Part shown: positions 1-13,554 of the stretch, in pieces | Layout: every line of letters starts with the position of its first letter | Numbering within the stretch: position 1 is the first letter of the stretch | Assembly: GCA_000320545.1 (NCBI GenBank) | Contig: ADNK01000631.1 | Coordinates: forward strand, 62,717-126,716 | Origin: Bigelowiella natans CCMP2755 | Taxonomy: Eukaryota > Protista > Cercozoa | DNA length: 64,000 nucleotides | Direction of reading: 5' to 3' | The notes under the pieces: generated by a model | Told to the model about the DNA's origin: nothing | What the model saw: the letters and a program-made list of their open reading frames with translations, nothing else | Database searches by the model: none | Position numbers and translations under genes: made by a program

Positions 1-512
1 TCTCTAGAGTAGTCCATGCTGGAGGGGGAGGGGGATGATGATGAGGATGATGTTGATTACGATGATAATGACGATGATGATGATAATGATGATGATGATG
101 ATGATGAAGATAAGGGTAATTATGGCTTGGTCGTCACAATAAACAAGCAACTTCAATGCATGACAAAGGCAATACTGCACAATCAACGTTCTCTTAATTT
201 TCACTCGTCGCAGTGCTCATCATTCGAATAAGAATCTTCAATTTCTCCTCCCTCCCCCTCTTCTTCCAAATCATAAATGTAAAATTACGTCTCTAAATGG
301 TTGAGATCGGGATCGCTAGGATCCTGCCACCATGAGGAATAGAAGAAGAAGAGGAAGAAGAAGCAGAAGAAGAAGAAGAAGAAGAAGAAGAAGAAGAAGA
401 TGAAGAACAACAGGAGGAGGAGGAGGAGGAAGCAAAAGGTCGACGAGGGGGAGAGGCAAGGACAGACAATACGGAGATGGTGAGTTATTTGTTGCTTGTA
501 GTAGTTGTAGTT

Positions 513-553
<41 letters not shown>

Positions 554-830
554 TGTAGTAGTAGCAGTAGTAGCACAATGTATATCTCTAGAAGTAGTAG
601 TACAAACCTCTAAATCGATGGTGTGCACAACAACTGAGTCCTCATCATTCATGCTACTCACCTCCCTGTGATGCTACTACTACTTACAATTATCCGCACC
701 CTACATGGTTGAATCTACCTCCAGCAAGTCCGGTATCATAGGGCAGGGGTCAAATGAGACCCCCGTCTCCAAAGTGTAGTTCTGCGACCACGTTGCCAAC
801 AACACAGGAGGTATAGATAAACGCACATAT

Positions 831-865
<35 letters not shown>

Positions 866-1638
866 GCTTGTTTATATGATGTGTCTGTGTGTAATAATAA
901 GGTGAGGATGGGGCAAACTAATAACGCATTATTACCGATTTACTTGTGATGAACGTCACATTCTTCTTGAGCGGAGGAGGTAGGAAGTAGCTATCGTCCA
1001 TCTCAGGAACTAGGCAATGGTAGTAAGGGCAATAATTCGTAATAGTAGTAGTAGTATTAGTAGTAGTAGCAGCAGCAGCAAAGAGACATGTTGTGAATAG
1101 TGATACAAGATAATATGAGTAATGAAAAGATTTGTGTTGCATTATCATTATCATCATCGTCGTCATCATCGTTGTTATCATCTGACATTCTCCATAAGCG
1201 TCTTGAACCGATTCAGGAGCAGGCCATTCCCTGTGGAACTACAGTTGACAAACACATACAAATACACACACACACACACACACACACAGCATACACCACT
1301 ATTTATGATGATAAGTATAAAGAAAACGTGTGTCTTGTTTGCCTACACTAATTGCACAACACCATGCTAGTGCATGCATAGTCACATTAATCATCATCAT
1401 CATCATCACCATTATACCATCATCACCATCACCATAATATGAAGCATACTACCTGCTCTGCGTAGTCGAAGGGATTGATCTCGTTCCAAAGGTCAGGATC
1501 CATCATGTTCTTAAGCTCGAAATCATCCCACTTCATAGTAGAATTAACAGGGTTGGCAAAGAGGGAGATAAGGGACTACGATTTTTGCGTCGTGTGGAAT
1601 AAATTTGTCGTGAGATTTCATGCCACCATCATCGCAAT

Positions 1639-1683
<45 letters not shown>

Positions 1684-2395
1684 TAGCAGCATCGCTCTCG
1701 AGCTACCACCAACCACCACCACCACCCCCACTTCTTTTCGCCAAATCTTCTCACAAAGTGAAATCTATTACCTCTTTTTGCCTAATCTTCGCACGAAGAG
1801 CAATATCTGCTACAGGATCATACTTCCCTGTGGGGGCCGCGCCGTCGTGGTCGACAGCATAGCGCTTCTCCTTTTCAGAGCGTTCATGAGGGGATAAGGA
1901 GCCTATTCCCTCGGCGCCTTCTTCACCAACTGGTCTCTCGTCGATATAGTTGTATTGCCCACTCGAATAAGCCCTGCGAGTGTTGTCCACAACATCATCA
2001 TTTGCATCCTCAACAGCGCCATCATTGAAATAGCTAGCAGGGCCTCCTCCACCCCAGTCATTATCGCCCAGGTTGTTGTCACCATTATCGTTGCCCAAAA
2101 ACGGATCAAGATAACCCGCATCACCCCCACGCAATCTCCAGACGAGGCGCTGGCGTGGAGATGAATGGCGTGTGTGGAAATTATGGTGATACGTCGAATG
2201 AGAGCGATCTTGATGATGTTGAGATGGCCGAGAGGTAGCATACTGGATGGACCCAAGCCGAGAAAAAAGGGAATGAGACGGCGGCAGACATCTTATAAGC
2301 ACTTGGATAACAAGTAGAAGGCGTAGTGCGAGTTTGAGGGGGGAAGAAACCAAGGAGATTATCCCCGTCCTTCTCATCGAGTTGAGCATCATCAT
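1..2395 (-). CDS. Multi-exon hypothetical protein with hydrophobic leader and RLRGG motif; 3' end probably runs off the window
   Basis: Exon 1 2395..1772 (MMMLNS...LLLVIQVLIRC...RLRGGDAG...RQKE|gt). In-phase GT-AG exons follow at ~1575-1453 (SLISLFANPVNSTMKWDDFELKNMMDPDLWNEINPFDYAEQ), ~1239-1188, ~1009-936, ~781-705, ~665-608 and ~323-289. No family recognised. Confidence 0.7.
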
Positions 2396-2849
2396 TAAAA
2401 CAACGCTTTGTCCAGGAATCGACGTTCTTAACCCAGTAGCGACTTATAGCCCCATGATATTATCACAATCATGATTATCACCAATTTAAGCTTGTCAGTC
2501 ATCCGAGATTATTCAATCCGAAATTGCGGTTCCTTCTCCCCCTCCTTCCCCGTTGCATGTTGTGCATAATTCCAGGAGATAGGAGATGGTCAGAAAATAA
2601 AAAAATGAAAAATGAAAATAAAAATAAATAAATAAATAAAATATCGGCGAAGATCATATGGCTGAACACTTTGTCAGGAAATTCATCCATGGAAATCTTA
2701 CGAAATCCTGATGATATATGCGATTTCTTCCAGAAATCGCGTTGTTCAACATAGATCTATCGAGCTGATGATGCGTATTTGGATTCTACGAGCTCGTATG
2801 TATGATTCGTGCCAAAAATATGGTAGATATCCATGGATATCCTATAGAA

Positions 2850-4330
2850 TCCCCTGCATTTCAAGACTTCCGACGATGCAAAAAATGCCCCAATTCCCAA
2901 TGATCAGTTGCAGCATTGAGAACGGTGACGACAGGAGTCGACGTGCACGTTTCTCGAATGTGCACAAGAGAAAGAAGCATGCAAGAGGACTCTCGAAGAT
3001 GCACAATTGATGTGGGCAACGATCATAGGGAAAATGAAAAGTCCAGGATGATGGACTTCAAGTTTTCAATTCTTTGTTGCAACACAACACGAAACAAGAA
3101 GTAGACCTTGCTTTTCACATGATTTTCATTCGGAAAACACGCATCATTGCGATCTTGGTGTGTTGACATTCAGACCTCGTTCAGCACTACTCAAGTTAGC
3201 GGCAATTAAATTGGAGATAGTGGCCTTCTAGGCACTGCTAAGCAGGACCATCTAGCCATGTTTTGTGCAGTCAGAGAATGACTCATGTCTCTGTCACAGC
3301 AGGATCGACACAATGAATGGGCACATTGTCGTGATGCCATGCTACTCATCTCAAAATTTTATCTTTTGACATTTCAATATCAAATGTAAGCACAGTGTTT
3401 ACTTCCTCATGCCAACATGCTCTTGCACAATGCTCGTCTCTGCTGATTCATCAGATTGGAGAAAAAAAGAGGTCAGAGTGCACGAAACAATGGATCAATT
3501 GAAGACTGATTGTAATTGCTCCCGCAGTGTGCCGCGCTCGCCGCCCTGATATGTGGCCGTAATCAACCTTGAGCAACAGAGAGGTTTGTAGGTGTAATTT
3601 GTGGCTACGAAACATGTTTTGGAATTTCTTGCCCTTGTCTTCATTCGAAATGTTGACATGCGCATGCGCCAGGTGCAGGCGGCCTTGCTAGCTTGCATGA
3701 GCGACTACCCACGCACTCGGCCACGCATGTCAATGTTGGATGGAAAATGCACCTGAATATGTTCATTTTCTGTCAAAAGATGGGTTTTATTTTGTTGTTC
3801 CAAAATTTCAAGAATCGGTTGATCCTGCTGAGTAACGACTTTGAACTAGCGAAGTCAAGGTGCACATTGCATGATGTTGTCAAATTTGTTGTTGTTAAGA
3901 ATGAACATGCTGTTTTGCAATCACGTGTAGATTTCTTCACCATGAACGAACGATCTCACATCCAAGCTAGCTAGCTAGGTTTGCTATCGCAACACTGTGC
4001 GTAGATGTTAAAGGAACAAATAATGCTCATGTGTTCCACGTGTATGTGGACCATCAATCGTTGGCATTTTTACCTTCAGTAACTAGCATTTTGAGAGCAA
4101 TGCTATCTAGTTATGGCAATGTGCGCATGTCATGCAGTGTCAGCTGGCATGCTGTTGCAACAATGACAATTTAGCCGTTGAAAATGTCGAAGTTTGAATG
4201 CTAGAATGCTCATGACCACACACGCATAGATAAATGCAAAATTCACCACAACCGGTAGCATGTGCAACCCAGGTATGCATTTGTTTGCACGGTCATAATC
4301 ATGCATAGCTTGTTCCGTGTTCATGTGTTA
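2850..4330. other. Partly TpA-depleted patch (strongest 2850-3355)
   Basis: Manual count 2850-3355: 10 TA, of which 2 CTAG, 7 CTAH/DTAG and 1 TTAA. The depletion is weaker downstream. Confidence 0.75.
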
Positions 4331-4437
4331 TAGAAAGACATGTTGAAAATTTCACATAGATCTATCACCTCTACATTGTAGACTTTGTGCAACATCGGAG
4401 TCTGGGTTTTCACTGATTTTCACGACAGAAAATAAAA

Positions 4438-5326
4438 TCAATCTAGGGAAGGGCGAGAATCAACATCCCCCTCTTCCATGGTAGATGAACTCTTCTTGTC
4501 AGTCGACGGCGTGGGATAACGTGTCGGCTCTGACAACTGTCTTCTGAAACGCACTGCCTGGATGCTACTTAAAAAACTTCGGAGCGATCTATATCAAACA
4601 AAGGCCATGCGTAAGTGAAGAATTTCGCTAGACACTACCATGTAGACCTCTGATGCTCAACCGAACGATATATTCGAGAATTAATACTGAACGCGATATG
4701 TACTAGAAATTCCCACCCTTGCTTTTCTATCAATGTTTTTAATACTTGATATTATGGGGAAAAGTAGGACGAAATATTTCTTTATTAATTCCTCCCATCT
4801 ACAATTAGAAATGATATTTTTTATTTCGTACTTAAATGCCTCCAACTTCTTAAACTTGCTATCTTGAACCTCAGCCTGCCCAGCATCGTTGCTAAAGTCA
4901 GTGGTCCAGCAGATAAACGTGGAATTCGATTCAGTGATTCTTTTCAGGCTGATAGTGTACACCGCAGATGAGAAGCTGACTGAAGGACTGCTTTCAATGA
5001 GATCGTAGGTTATCGTGTGGTGGATGTCTGACAGCTCTAAAACCTAATTATGATAATGATGATCATTACAAGTCATTACGAGATATGTAATATCTTATGG
5101 TATATCATGGGGAAATTCCAACCTTGTAGGTCTGCTTAATATTGTCTTTATACTGAACAATTCTCAGCCCCCCCACAGCATTGTCAGCCTCCTTCTTGTC
5201 GGATGCCCCAGAAGACTCCACACTCTCAACATTCGGAAGGAACTTGAAATCAAGCGGGCGGATCAACTCCCATACGGAATCGATGCTTCCCACGATGACG
5301 GCGGATTCTTCTACGTGAAGGGACAT
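4438..5326 (-). CDS. SRPBCC/Bet v1-like (polyketide cyclase/START-fold) protein, 3 exons
   Basis: MSLHVEESAVIVGSIDSVWELIRPLDF...VGGLRIVQYKDNIKQTYK|VLELSDIHHTITYDLIES...ICWTTDFSNDA...DSKFKKLEAFK|SLRSFLSS...PSLD*. First intron 5122-5044. The pattern is typical of SRPBCC domains. Confidence 0.8.
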
Positions 5327-5589
5327 GGTTCTTGTTGTCCGTAGAAGTGTGTATGTATCTTCTTGGGGCTGGTACTACGTGAGATTTGGGTATCAAGCAT
5401 TGTGTGACAAAATCGCAGGCCGTTTTCCTCATAAGACAAGATATGTACACGATATTATTAAGTACATATTCATAAGAGAATCTCCGATATTCTTAAAGGA
5501 AGGAAGGACTCCGATAACAACAATAATAATATCCCCCCCCCCATCCCCTTTCACCCTTGCCAGATGTCAACCCCGCGTTAACACCTTTG

Positions 5590-6626
5590 ATGACGAAAGT
5601 TGAATTCGGGGGGGGAAAGGTTGGTAGCAACGCGGAAGGCGCCAAAGACAGGCCAGGAGATGATGAGGGGGAACATCCGGGCGGTATAAGAAGAACCCTT
5701 TCGCCCTACGCAGAAGGCCAACTTATTGATGAATCGTTCCGCCGAGAGATGGAGTCAGTGCTTGATCGAGTTTGGGACTCGGTAGTAGCTGCAATGATAG
5801 CGATTGTCATAATGAATAATTTTATGGGAAATACTAACAGTGGTTATGCATTTGTCACTTTTCACATCGCCTTAATAACCTGATTCATAATGTGTTAGAC
5901 CCGCTTATTTGGGACTCTCCGACAACCTATACCATGCCTACGATTGACGGAAGATTTAGGGGGTGGAGTTCCTGGTTTGGCTGGTCTACCAAACATCAAC
6001 GACGAGACCCATTTGTTTAAGGTATAAATAAAAAATATATGGGGGAGAGAGAGGAAGAGAGCACGCGAATATCGGCTGATTTTATTTTTCGTAGAAAGCT
6101 GAATGAGTTTTTTACAATTTCATGAATACTTCACAATGTTGCTTGCTATTATATCTCCCACATGTAGAAGCTAACGCGGACTTCGGAGCAGGATCATCGT
6201 CATCAACATGATGATAATAGTAGCGCACTAAAGTCTGACCGACCGTTGTCCGCTTCTAAGAGAATCATCAGCGCTCAAGTTTCCACCACATCTCGCAATT
6301 TCAAACATCGAAAGCTAGTAATTAAATCCAGGGTTCTCGAATCAAGACCACAAGGCAAAAGCTCTGAACTAATAAACCAGGAGGGGGCGGGAGAGAGGGG
6401 CGACGAGAAGGAGGATGGACCAGAAGCTGATGGTGGAGATCCTGCGGTGGAAAATATGTCACTTGAGTACGGGCGTGTACAACTGATGGACAATTCCAGT
6501 ATGCAGCAGAGCTATATTATTAAAATCAACCCTCCACCGAGGTATTTTGTCATTCTTTTACAATTCCACACAGAAATACGCCTCATGTTGCACACATGTA
6601 TAAGTACAAATCGATAGACATCATAT

Positions 6627-6667
<41 letters not shown>

Positions 6668-8019
6668 GTTTGTGTGTGCGTGTTTACATGATATCATTAT
6701 CGTTCTCACCCACAGCTAGCCCTGACTATTGCATAGATCGTAAACCATAGAAATACTTATAGGCGATTGGGTGGCAAAGCAATGCGTCCCTGGACACTGA
6801 GTATGAAGAGACCAAATATCAAACATGACTCTCATCATCACCATCGGCATACAGCCCCGAGATCCCTCCCTACCCCTTCATCCTCCTCCGATGACAAAAA
6901 GCAGCAGAAGCAGCCCCCGAAAAGGATGGGCTTGATCACTCCCACCACCACCACCACCACGAACGCTATGAAGAATAGCCCTGAAAAAGAGACTAATAGG
7001 GGATCTAACGGGGATAGTGCAAAGAAAAATGATGGCAACATTCACAGATGTAATGGTGGAAATAATGGAACGACAAGCAATAGCTGTGGCAAATATGAAG
7101 ATGCAGATGTATCAACGGAATGGATACTCACTCTTGCACACGCTTGTGTTCCGCGGCTGCTTCCAGCAACACCGGAAGAAATCCAAAGAGCCATGTATGT
7201 GGCTGAGTTCATGTTTCCACCATATGAGTTATCACCTACAATTCTTACTCTTTGTTTCTAGCATTGATTTTTTTAAGGGATGGTATGCTATTATTCACAT
7301 TGCATTCTTATTATCTTCATATCTGCATGAGCCAGCAGCATAATGATTATGTTATTTGAATGGATCTAGCAGTGTCGGACTGAATAATACTTCATCGTCA
7401 CGGTCTTCGTCATCACCAATACCTTCTTCTTCTTCGTCCTCCTCCCCATTGCTGCCATCGATGGATGATACCGTATGGGCTCTGGAAGCAATAAGGCTGG
7501 CAGTAGAGCGATTGAAGTATATTACACCAAATAAATCAGTAGACATTAATTGTGTTGTATGTGATAACGAAGCAAGAAAAGAAACTGCATCATAGGGATG
7601 ACGGAATGGATCTGCTACATCCTAAACACTATCTCACACAACTCTGCGTTGGCACCATACCATTTTCATCATCATCATCATCATCATCATCACTCTGTAT
7701 GACATGGTAGCAAAAGGCCAACAGATAGTAGTTTGACTGTATGTAGCACCACCTATTGTGAACACTGAAAACCTTTCTTATTCGGTCGTTATTTCTTCAG
7801 ATTCGCATTGGCAAGTTATATCGGAACGTGCACGTTGACACAGCGTATCCATGGTTGGAATCTGTGTGAAATGGTACTGAGGCGCATTTTCGATCGGATT
7901 GATTCCGACCTTAAAGTCACAAGGGAGAAGGAACGCTTAAGTCGCGACCAGGTTTATCTATAGCGCGATGTCATATCATGTAAAATCACACACACACACA
8001 CACACACATGCACATGCAC

Positions 8020-8065
<46 letters not shown>

Positions 8066-8414
8066 GAGTGTGTCAGAGAGAAAGAGAGAGAACTATGTGG
8101 TGACATATCACATGGATACATTGCATTGTTTCTCCTTTTCCAATTCGTTTTCCCATCTTCATCATCTTCTCTTTATTTATATTCTTTTTCTTACTGTTAT
8201 TATCTTCCTGCTAAATATGATCTGCGGCTAACCTCTCTGAACACTGCTACTTCGACTAGTTCAACGAGCTGTCGCTTGAGGCGCACAAATCGAAGGAAAC
8301 TGTCAAGATATCACGTCGCCTCAACTTTCTCACAACTAAGACTGAACCCATAGTAAAGGTAACAATTTGCACCATTGAATTTGATTCGAAATAATGATAC
8401 TGACAACAATGTCA

Positions 8415-8453
<39 letters not shown>

Positions 8454-8645
8454 TGAAGACGTTGGATCAACAAAGAGAGGAGAGGGCTTTGGCGTTGAAG
8501 GACCTGGAGAGAATAATCTTACTCAGAAACACTCTGGAGCGACAGCACCGATACCTTCGGCAATTCATCGGACTATTTTCACCAAAAGTACAATTACACT
8601 AAGGATAACGTGTTGCTTATAAGAGTAAACTTACATAAATTAATG

Positions 8646-8679
<34 letters not shown>

Positions 8680-9082
8680 ACAAGCAATGTGATATATTCA
8701 TGTATCTCTATGTGTCCTCTTTCTCTACAAATGGTAGTATCTGCATCGATTTCATCAATATTATTTGCAACCCGCAGGTTGAAGACCAAAATTACCAAAT
8801 AATGCTCAAATTGGTACTTTAAAAGCACATACGAAGCATGCGCCATATATTATACACATCTTATCATGTCTTATCACACAACCTTATGATCAGATTAACG
8901 ACGGATGCCTTCGTGACTCATTTTCACTCAAAATGGAGATTAGATTGGCTGACATTCTGAGGGTATTAGTATCGTGTGCCATATGTGAAAAGGCTGCAAT
9001 GCAGAGGCTATGGGACGCAACAAACGCAGCAAACCTCGTTGAAAAGCACCTCGTCGACTTTGTGTCCGCCTCATGGAAGTAG
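5590..9082 (+). CDS. Multi-exon hypothetical protein with coiled-coil C-terminal part
   Basis: The 3' exons splice in phase: FNELSLEAHKSKETVK...PIVK|TLDQQREERALALKDLERII...FSPK|VEDQNYQIMLKL|INDGCLRDSF...SASWK* (stop 9080-9082). The 5' exons (5590-7200) are less certain. Confidence 0.6.
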
Positions 9083-10024
9083 ACAGACTAATATTAAGCT
9101 GGTTGGTATGATGAAGGCTTGGCCCGAGCTGACTGTACACATAAAAAAAGTATGCTATACGATGCAAGCCTCATTATGATTTATTGGATGCTGTTGCTAC
9201 AGCCGTAGGCATCTCAATCTAGCAATGGCCGATTGTAACAATGTCTGTTATGGCTGTATGTTTAGATGTGCCGATTCATCATGCGCTACATTAAAACGAG
9301 ATTGATTGGCATGACACCTGCGCACACTACTAGACTATATTATAGACATAATAATAATTATAACACACATTATATATGGCGCGAATCGAGGAGATCCTGC
9401 TAGGACTAGCTAGCTAGAGAGGCGGAGTGTGTGATGTTCATCACTCGCAAGATCATCTATCTAGCTATATTCATGCTAGCATAGCATGCGCTCGCATGCA
9501 CTAAGTAAGACAGATGTAATGAATCAATTTAATTTGTTCAATGGTCACTACTAGACTAAAACACGCTAGCACGCGTGTTTACTACCTAGCTAGGTATATC
9601 TAGATATGTGTACATGTACATGAATATATATGAAATTATTTCTAGTTACATATCTGGCGGCCGTCGCACTGATACGATCGGTAAGATAATTGCAGCGTGC
9701 ATGCGCATTGACATCATACTTACAACAAGCTATTTGACACACGCAGCCAGGCTTCAGACATTCGCGCACGATCGAATTGCTGCAAAGGCTAGAAGGCAAT
9801 GATCGATGTACATAGGGCGCATACTAGATCAGCTGAGATTCATCAAGGAAAATCATAAAAGCCTTAACGTATCTGTACAAGGTTTAACATAATTACTACA
9901 GGAATTTACACAAACTGACTATACAAATGAAAGCTACGATATGAGTACAACTCAATATATCGGGCAACGACCAGTGAGACGATTAAGAAAGATTAATGGA
10001 TAGTTACAGCAGTCCTACTCGTAA

Positions 10025-11399
10025 TCACACGGTAGCATCCTCCTTTCTTACCTCGGCAAAATGTTTTTCACGGATTTGATGAACCATGTATGTTTGGTGT
10101 GTGTCACTGCGAGGAAAAGGGATCAGAAATCGCCGCAACATGTTAGTTGTGATCACAAGAGTGGCCACGTTGACTGCCATTTGAATCAACATCGGAGTCC
10201 TAACTAGTTTCTTTGGTTCAGTTCCAGAAGTTACGGGATTATTTCCCTCTGAATTAGCTCTCCAAATTGACTTCAGAAGGTTTCGAACTACAGCAAGGAA
10301 CCCCATTGTGATTTCTGAGATCTTGTTGCAAGCCTCCTTTGGTAGAAGGTTAGAGAAAGGTTTCTCATCTACAATAGTTGTAGCGATTCGCTTCTCCTGA
10401 AAATGAATGATATTTATTAAAATCAGAACCTTGTTGGCAATGTGCGGTTGGTTAAATTTCAACCTTAGGTTCTTCATTGCCGTCCTGATCATGCAGGGCC
10501 TTATGCGTGGCAACACTCTCAATATCCTGTTGCACATCCTTCGATTCTTCCAATGTATCCGCAAGAATCCTTAGCATTCCGTTGATTTTTTCGTTGTTTC
10601 GGCAGGCATTCTGCTTCCCATCCTTCACCTCCAACGACCTCTGGAGTCTCTTTTCAAGTTCCGCCTTCACAAACACAATTTGGGTTCACCGTCATTATTT
10701 GAGAGCAAAATTTGTGAATTCCATTTTCCCAGAAACCTGCAGGTCGTTAGAAAGTACATCCCTGACAGAACTTTGAGCAGCTGCTAAGACTTCTGGATGA
10801 TCAAGGAGCTTCTCACTTATCTTCAAGAGAGCCTTATGCTGTTATGAAGTTGTGGTAAATTACTCAACTTTAAATATATTAAATCGGTTTGACATACGAG
10901 TGTTGGATCTCGGTGGATTTGGAGTCCCAACCTATTCAACAACAAAAATAAGTGTTCGAGAGGAACCAAAATTCTCCGGAATTTGATCAACTCACTGGTT
11001 GGGCCCGGTTCCAAAGATTTGATTCATGGTTTCCTTATTCTCCTTATTAACAGAAACAGAGACGGCTGCCGAAGCAGTCCTTCCTGCTGCCAACTTTACT
11101 GCGGGTCCGGATATAGCTGCCATGATGGGGTGGGGATCTTCAAAAGTGCTTTCAACTGTCGAAGAACGGTGACCCTTTCTGAAAAGTGAGCTGCATGGTG
11201 GTCAACCTAAAATCCCAAAATGCTGCGCTAAAAGAGCAAATAAGCAGCACAATTATGTCCTACGACACCATCTACACTTCGTTTCAGGATGAAAAGGCTT
11301 CCCATTTAGTTTACAGTTTACAGTTGACTTGTGCACCCGCCAGTTTTGACGTAGGGTACCGGTTTGCCGGTATGCTGCAGAAAGAGGAAAGAAATCCAT
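10025..11399 (-). CDS. Multi-exon hypothetical protein; start uncertain and may extend upstream
   Basis: In-phase exons MDFFPLSAAY...PETK|KGHRSS...GPNQ|LGLQIHRDPTL|HKALLKISEKLLDHPEV...LQ|AELEKRLQ...|EKRIATT...DATV*. Confidence 0.55.
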
Positions 11400-11921
11400 G
11401 AAAATTCCCTAGAAATTACCTGGATTTGATGAAATTCAATGATGTCAACAATTACGGCGACAATATGAGCTCGAATCGTTTCTTCGTTTCGGCAGGAGTT
11501 CTTTGTACGGGCAAACGAAGGATATTTAGAACATTACGTCATCCACATCAACTCCTACAATCGAAAGACAATGCTAACCTAGAACATAGAGGGGATATAT
11601 CTTTGGCGACAACAACAGGCTAGTATTTTTACCCCCCAATGTAGTTACACAAAAGACACGTGTAAATTATTGGAGCACCTAGCACTCCTACCACTATTTG
11701 AAATGATCTCGGCTCGTGGGATAAAATTAGTAATTCCTCGTATCAAATAATTTCTAAATGTTGTACAAAATGATAGTTTTAGGCATTTTTCGATACTGGA
11801 AATTTCCATCCATCCAATTTCAACTCCCCACCAGAATTGCAAATCAAGAATGCGTGCTCCTATCCCTCTTCCTACCCCCGAATCCGTAGCCCGGGCCTTA
11901 TAGGCCCTAAGAAGTTTTTAG

Positions 11922-12954
11922 ATGGTCAGAAAGCACCGCACTTACCTTACTGCGTTCTCTATTGCCGGGATCCTGCTCTTGTACGCAAAAATCGGCGAAG
12001 ATTACAGCAACAATCGCCAAGTTTCATTCCTCGATGTAAACCTGCAGCAGGCTTGCATATGCGGAGCGACAAGAGAGTGCAGAAAGGTTCATGACTGCAG
12101 CAGATTCCAATTCTCCCGGTAGTACAGAAGATTATTCGTTTTGTTTAAATGTTTTCATGATGGCGAAATAGCTCAATGTTGCGAGCGCAATGCCAAGCTC
12201 TGTGGGGACGAATGTAAAGAGCGAGATCCAAACATCGTAAATTAAATTATACTTCTGTATGATTATTAGGGGTTTAAATGGTCATCATTATTGCAGTAGA
12301 GGTTTCACAACGCCAGAACTGTTCCTCCGTGGAGGTAGCATGACCAGCTTTGGTAATAATATTTGGAACTCCTCCATCGATGTGGATGATGACGATAACG
12401 AGGACGACGATGGGAGACGCAGCGTTGATTCCCAGAATTCTATTATTTCTCCCGATGAACTCATGTATGTCCTCTCCAGGGATGCCATGTCGATGACAAC
12501 AGATGCATTTCAACTATATGAGGCCCATTGCTACTCCCAACCCGTCTGGACATGTGCATTATTTGTGGTGTGCTGTGCGTTCTGAATGTATACGATTTCC
12601 CCCATAATTCTACTGAGTAGCCTCTGACTCGCGCTATTAATCCAGCGCTGCCAAGTCTTCTTCTTCTTCTTCTTCCACGAGGGGTGTTTCTGGTAATAGA
12701 ACAACTGCGTCGTCGGAAATAGCAAGCGAGGAGTTACGGTTGCTTCGAGAGCAGGTCGGTTCCCTACCCTCGGCTCATGCGAGATTGCTGTGGAAAACTT
12801 AAGGATTTAGAGACCAATTATCGTTGGGAATTTGTGCGTGTGTGTGTATTATATTATGAAGATTTCAGATATGAAGGTGACGATACGGGATCTGAAGAAT
12901 AAGGTGTTACGCTGTATTTCGTGCTGTTGTCACATGATAATCTAGTCTGGCCTT

Positions 12955-12994
<40 letters not shown>

Positions 12995-13096
12995 TGTAGT
13001 AGTGCAACGTTGACATAAACAACTCTGATATCACATACTATATAAGACCGAATATACTAAGTGATGATAGTACCCACATACAAACAAGCGCGCGCG

Positions 13097-13133
<37 letters not shown>

Positions 13134-13517
13134 GATGTGATCATGCCGAATAAAGTATAGCGAAATAGGCCCATATAACGTACTTATACACGTTCTTTAA
13201 GTGCATGTTGTCTCATTCGTAGAATATGGTGGTGATGATGATGGTGATGATGATGATGATCTGGGGCGAATAAGGCTTGAGAATTTCTCAAACACTATCG
13301 TTACTACTACTACTACTACTATTTGGACAGGTTCGGCACAGCACTAACATCACATATATTCGAATCTTGGAGCAAAGAAGACTCAAAGCACTGCAGCAGA
13401 GGAAGGTTGATAGATAGATAGCTGATGATGATGATGAGGCGCTTGTGATGATACTCCTCATAGTCACAAAAACTGCAAAGCATTCATACAGAGAGGGTCC
13501 TTTATAGACACGCATAC

Positions 13518-13554
<37 letters not shown>

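Noticed and set aside
4-671. Poly-I/Y/L/V/D ORFs here, and THTHT/CVCVC ORFs throughout the window
   Set aside because: They are translations of intronic microsatellites, not genes.
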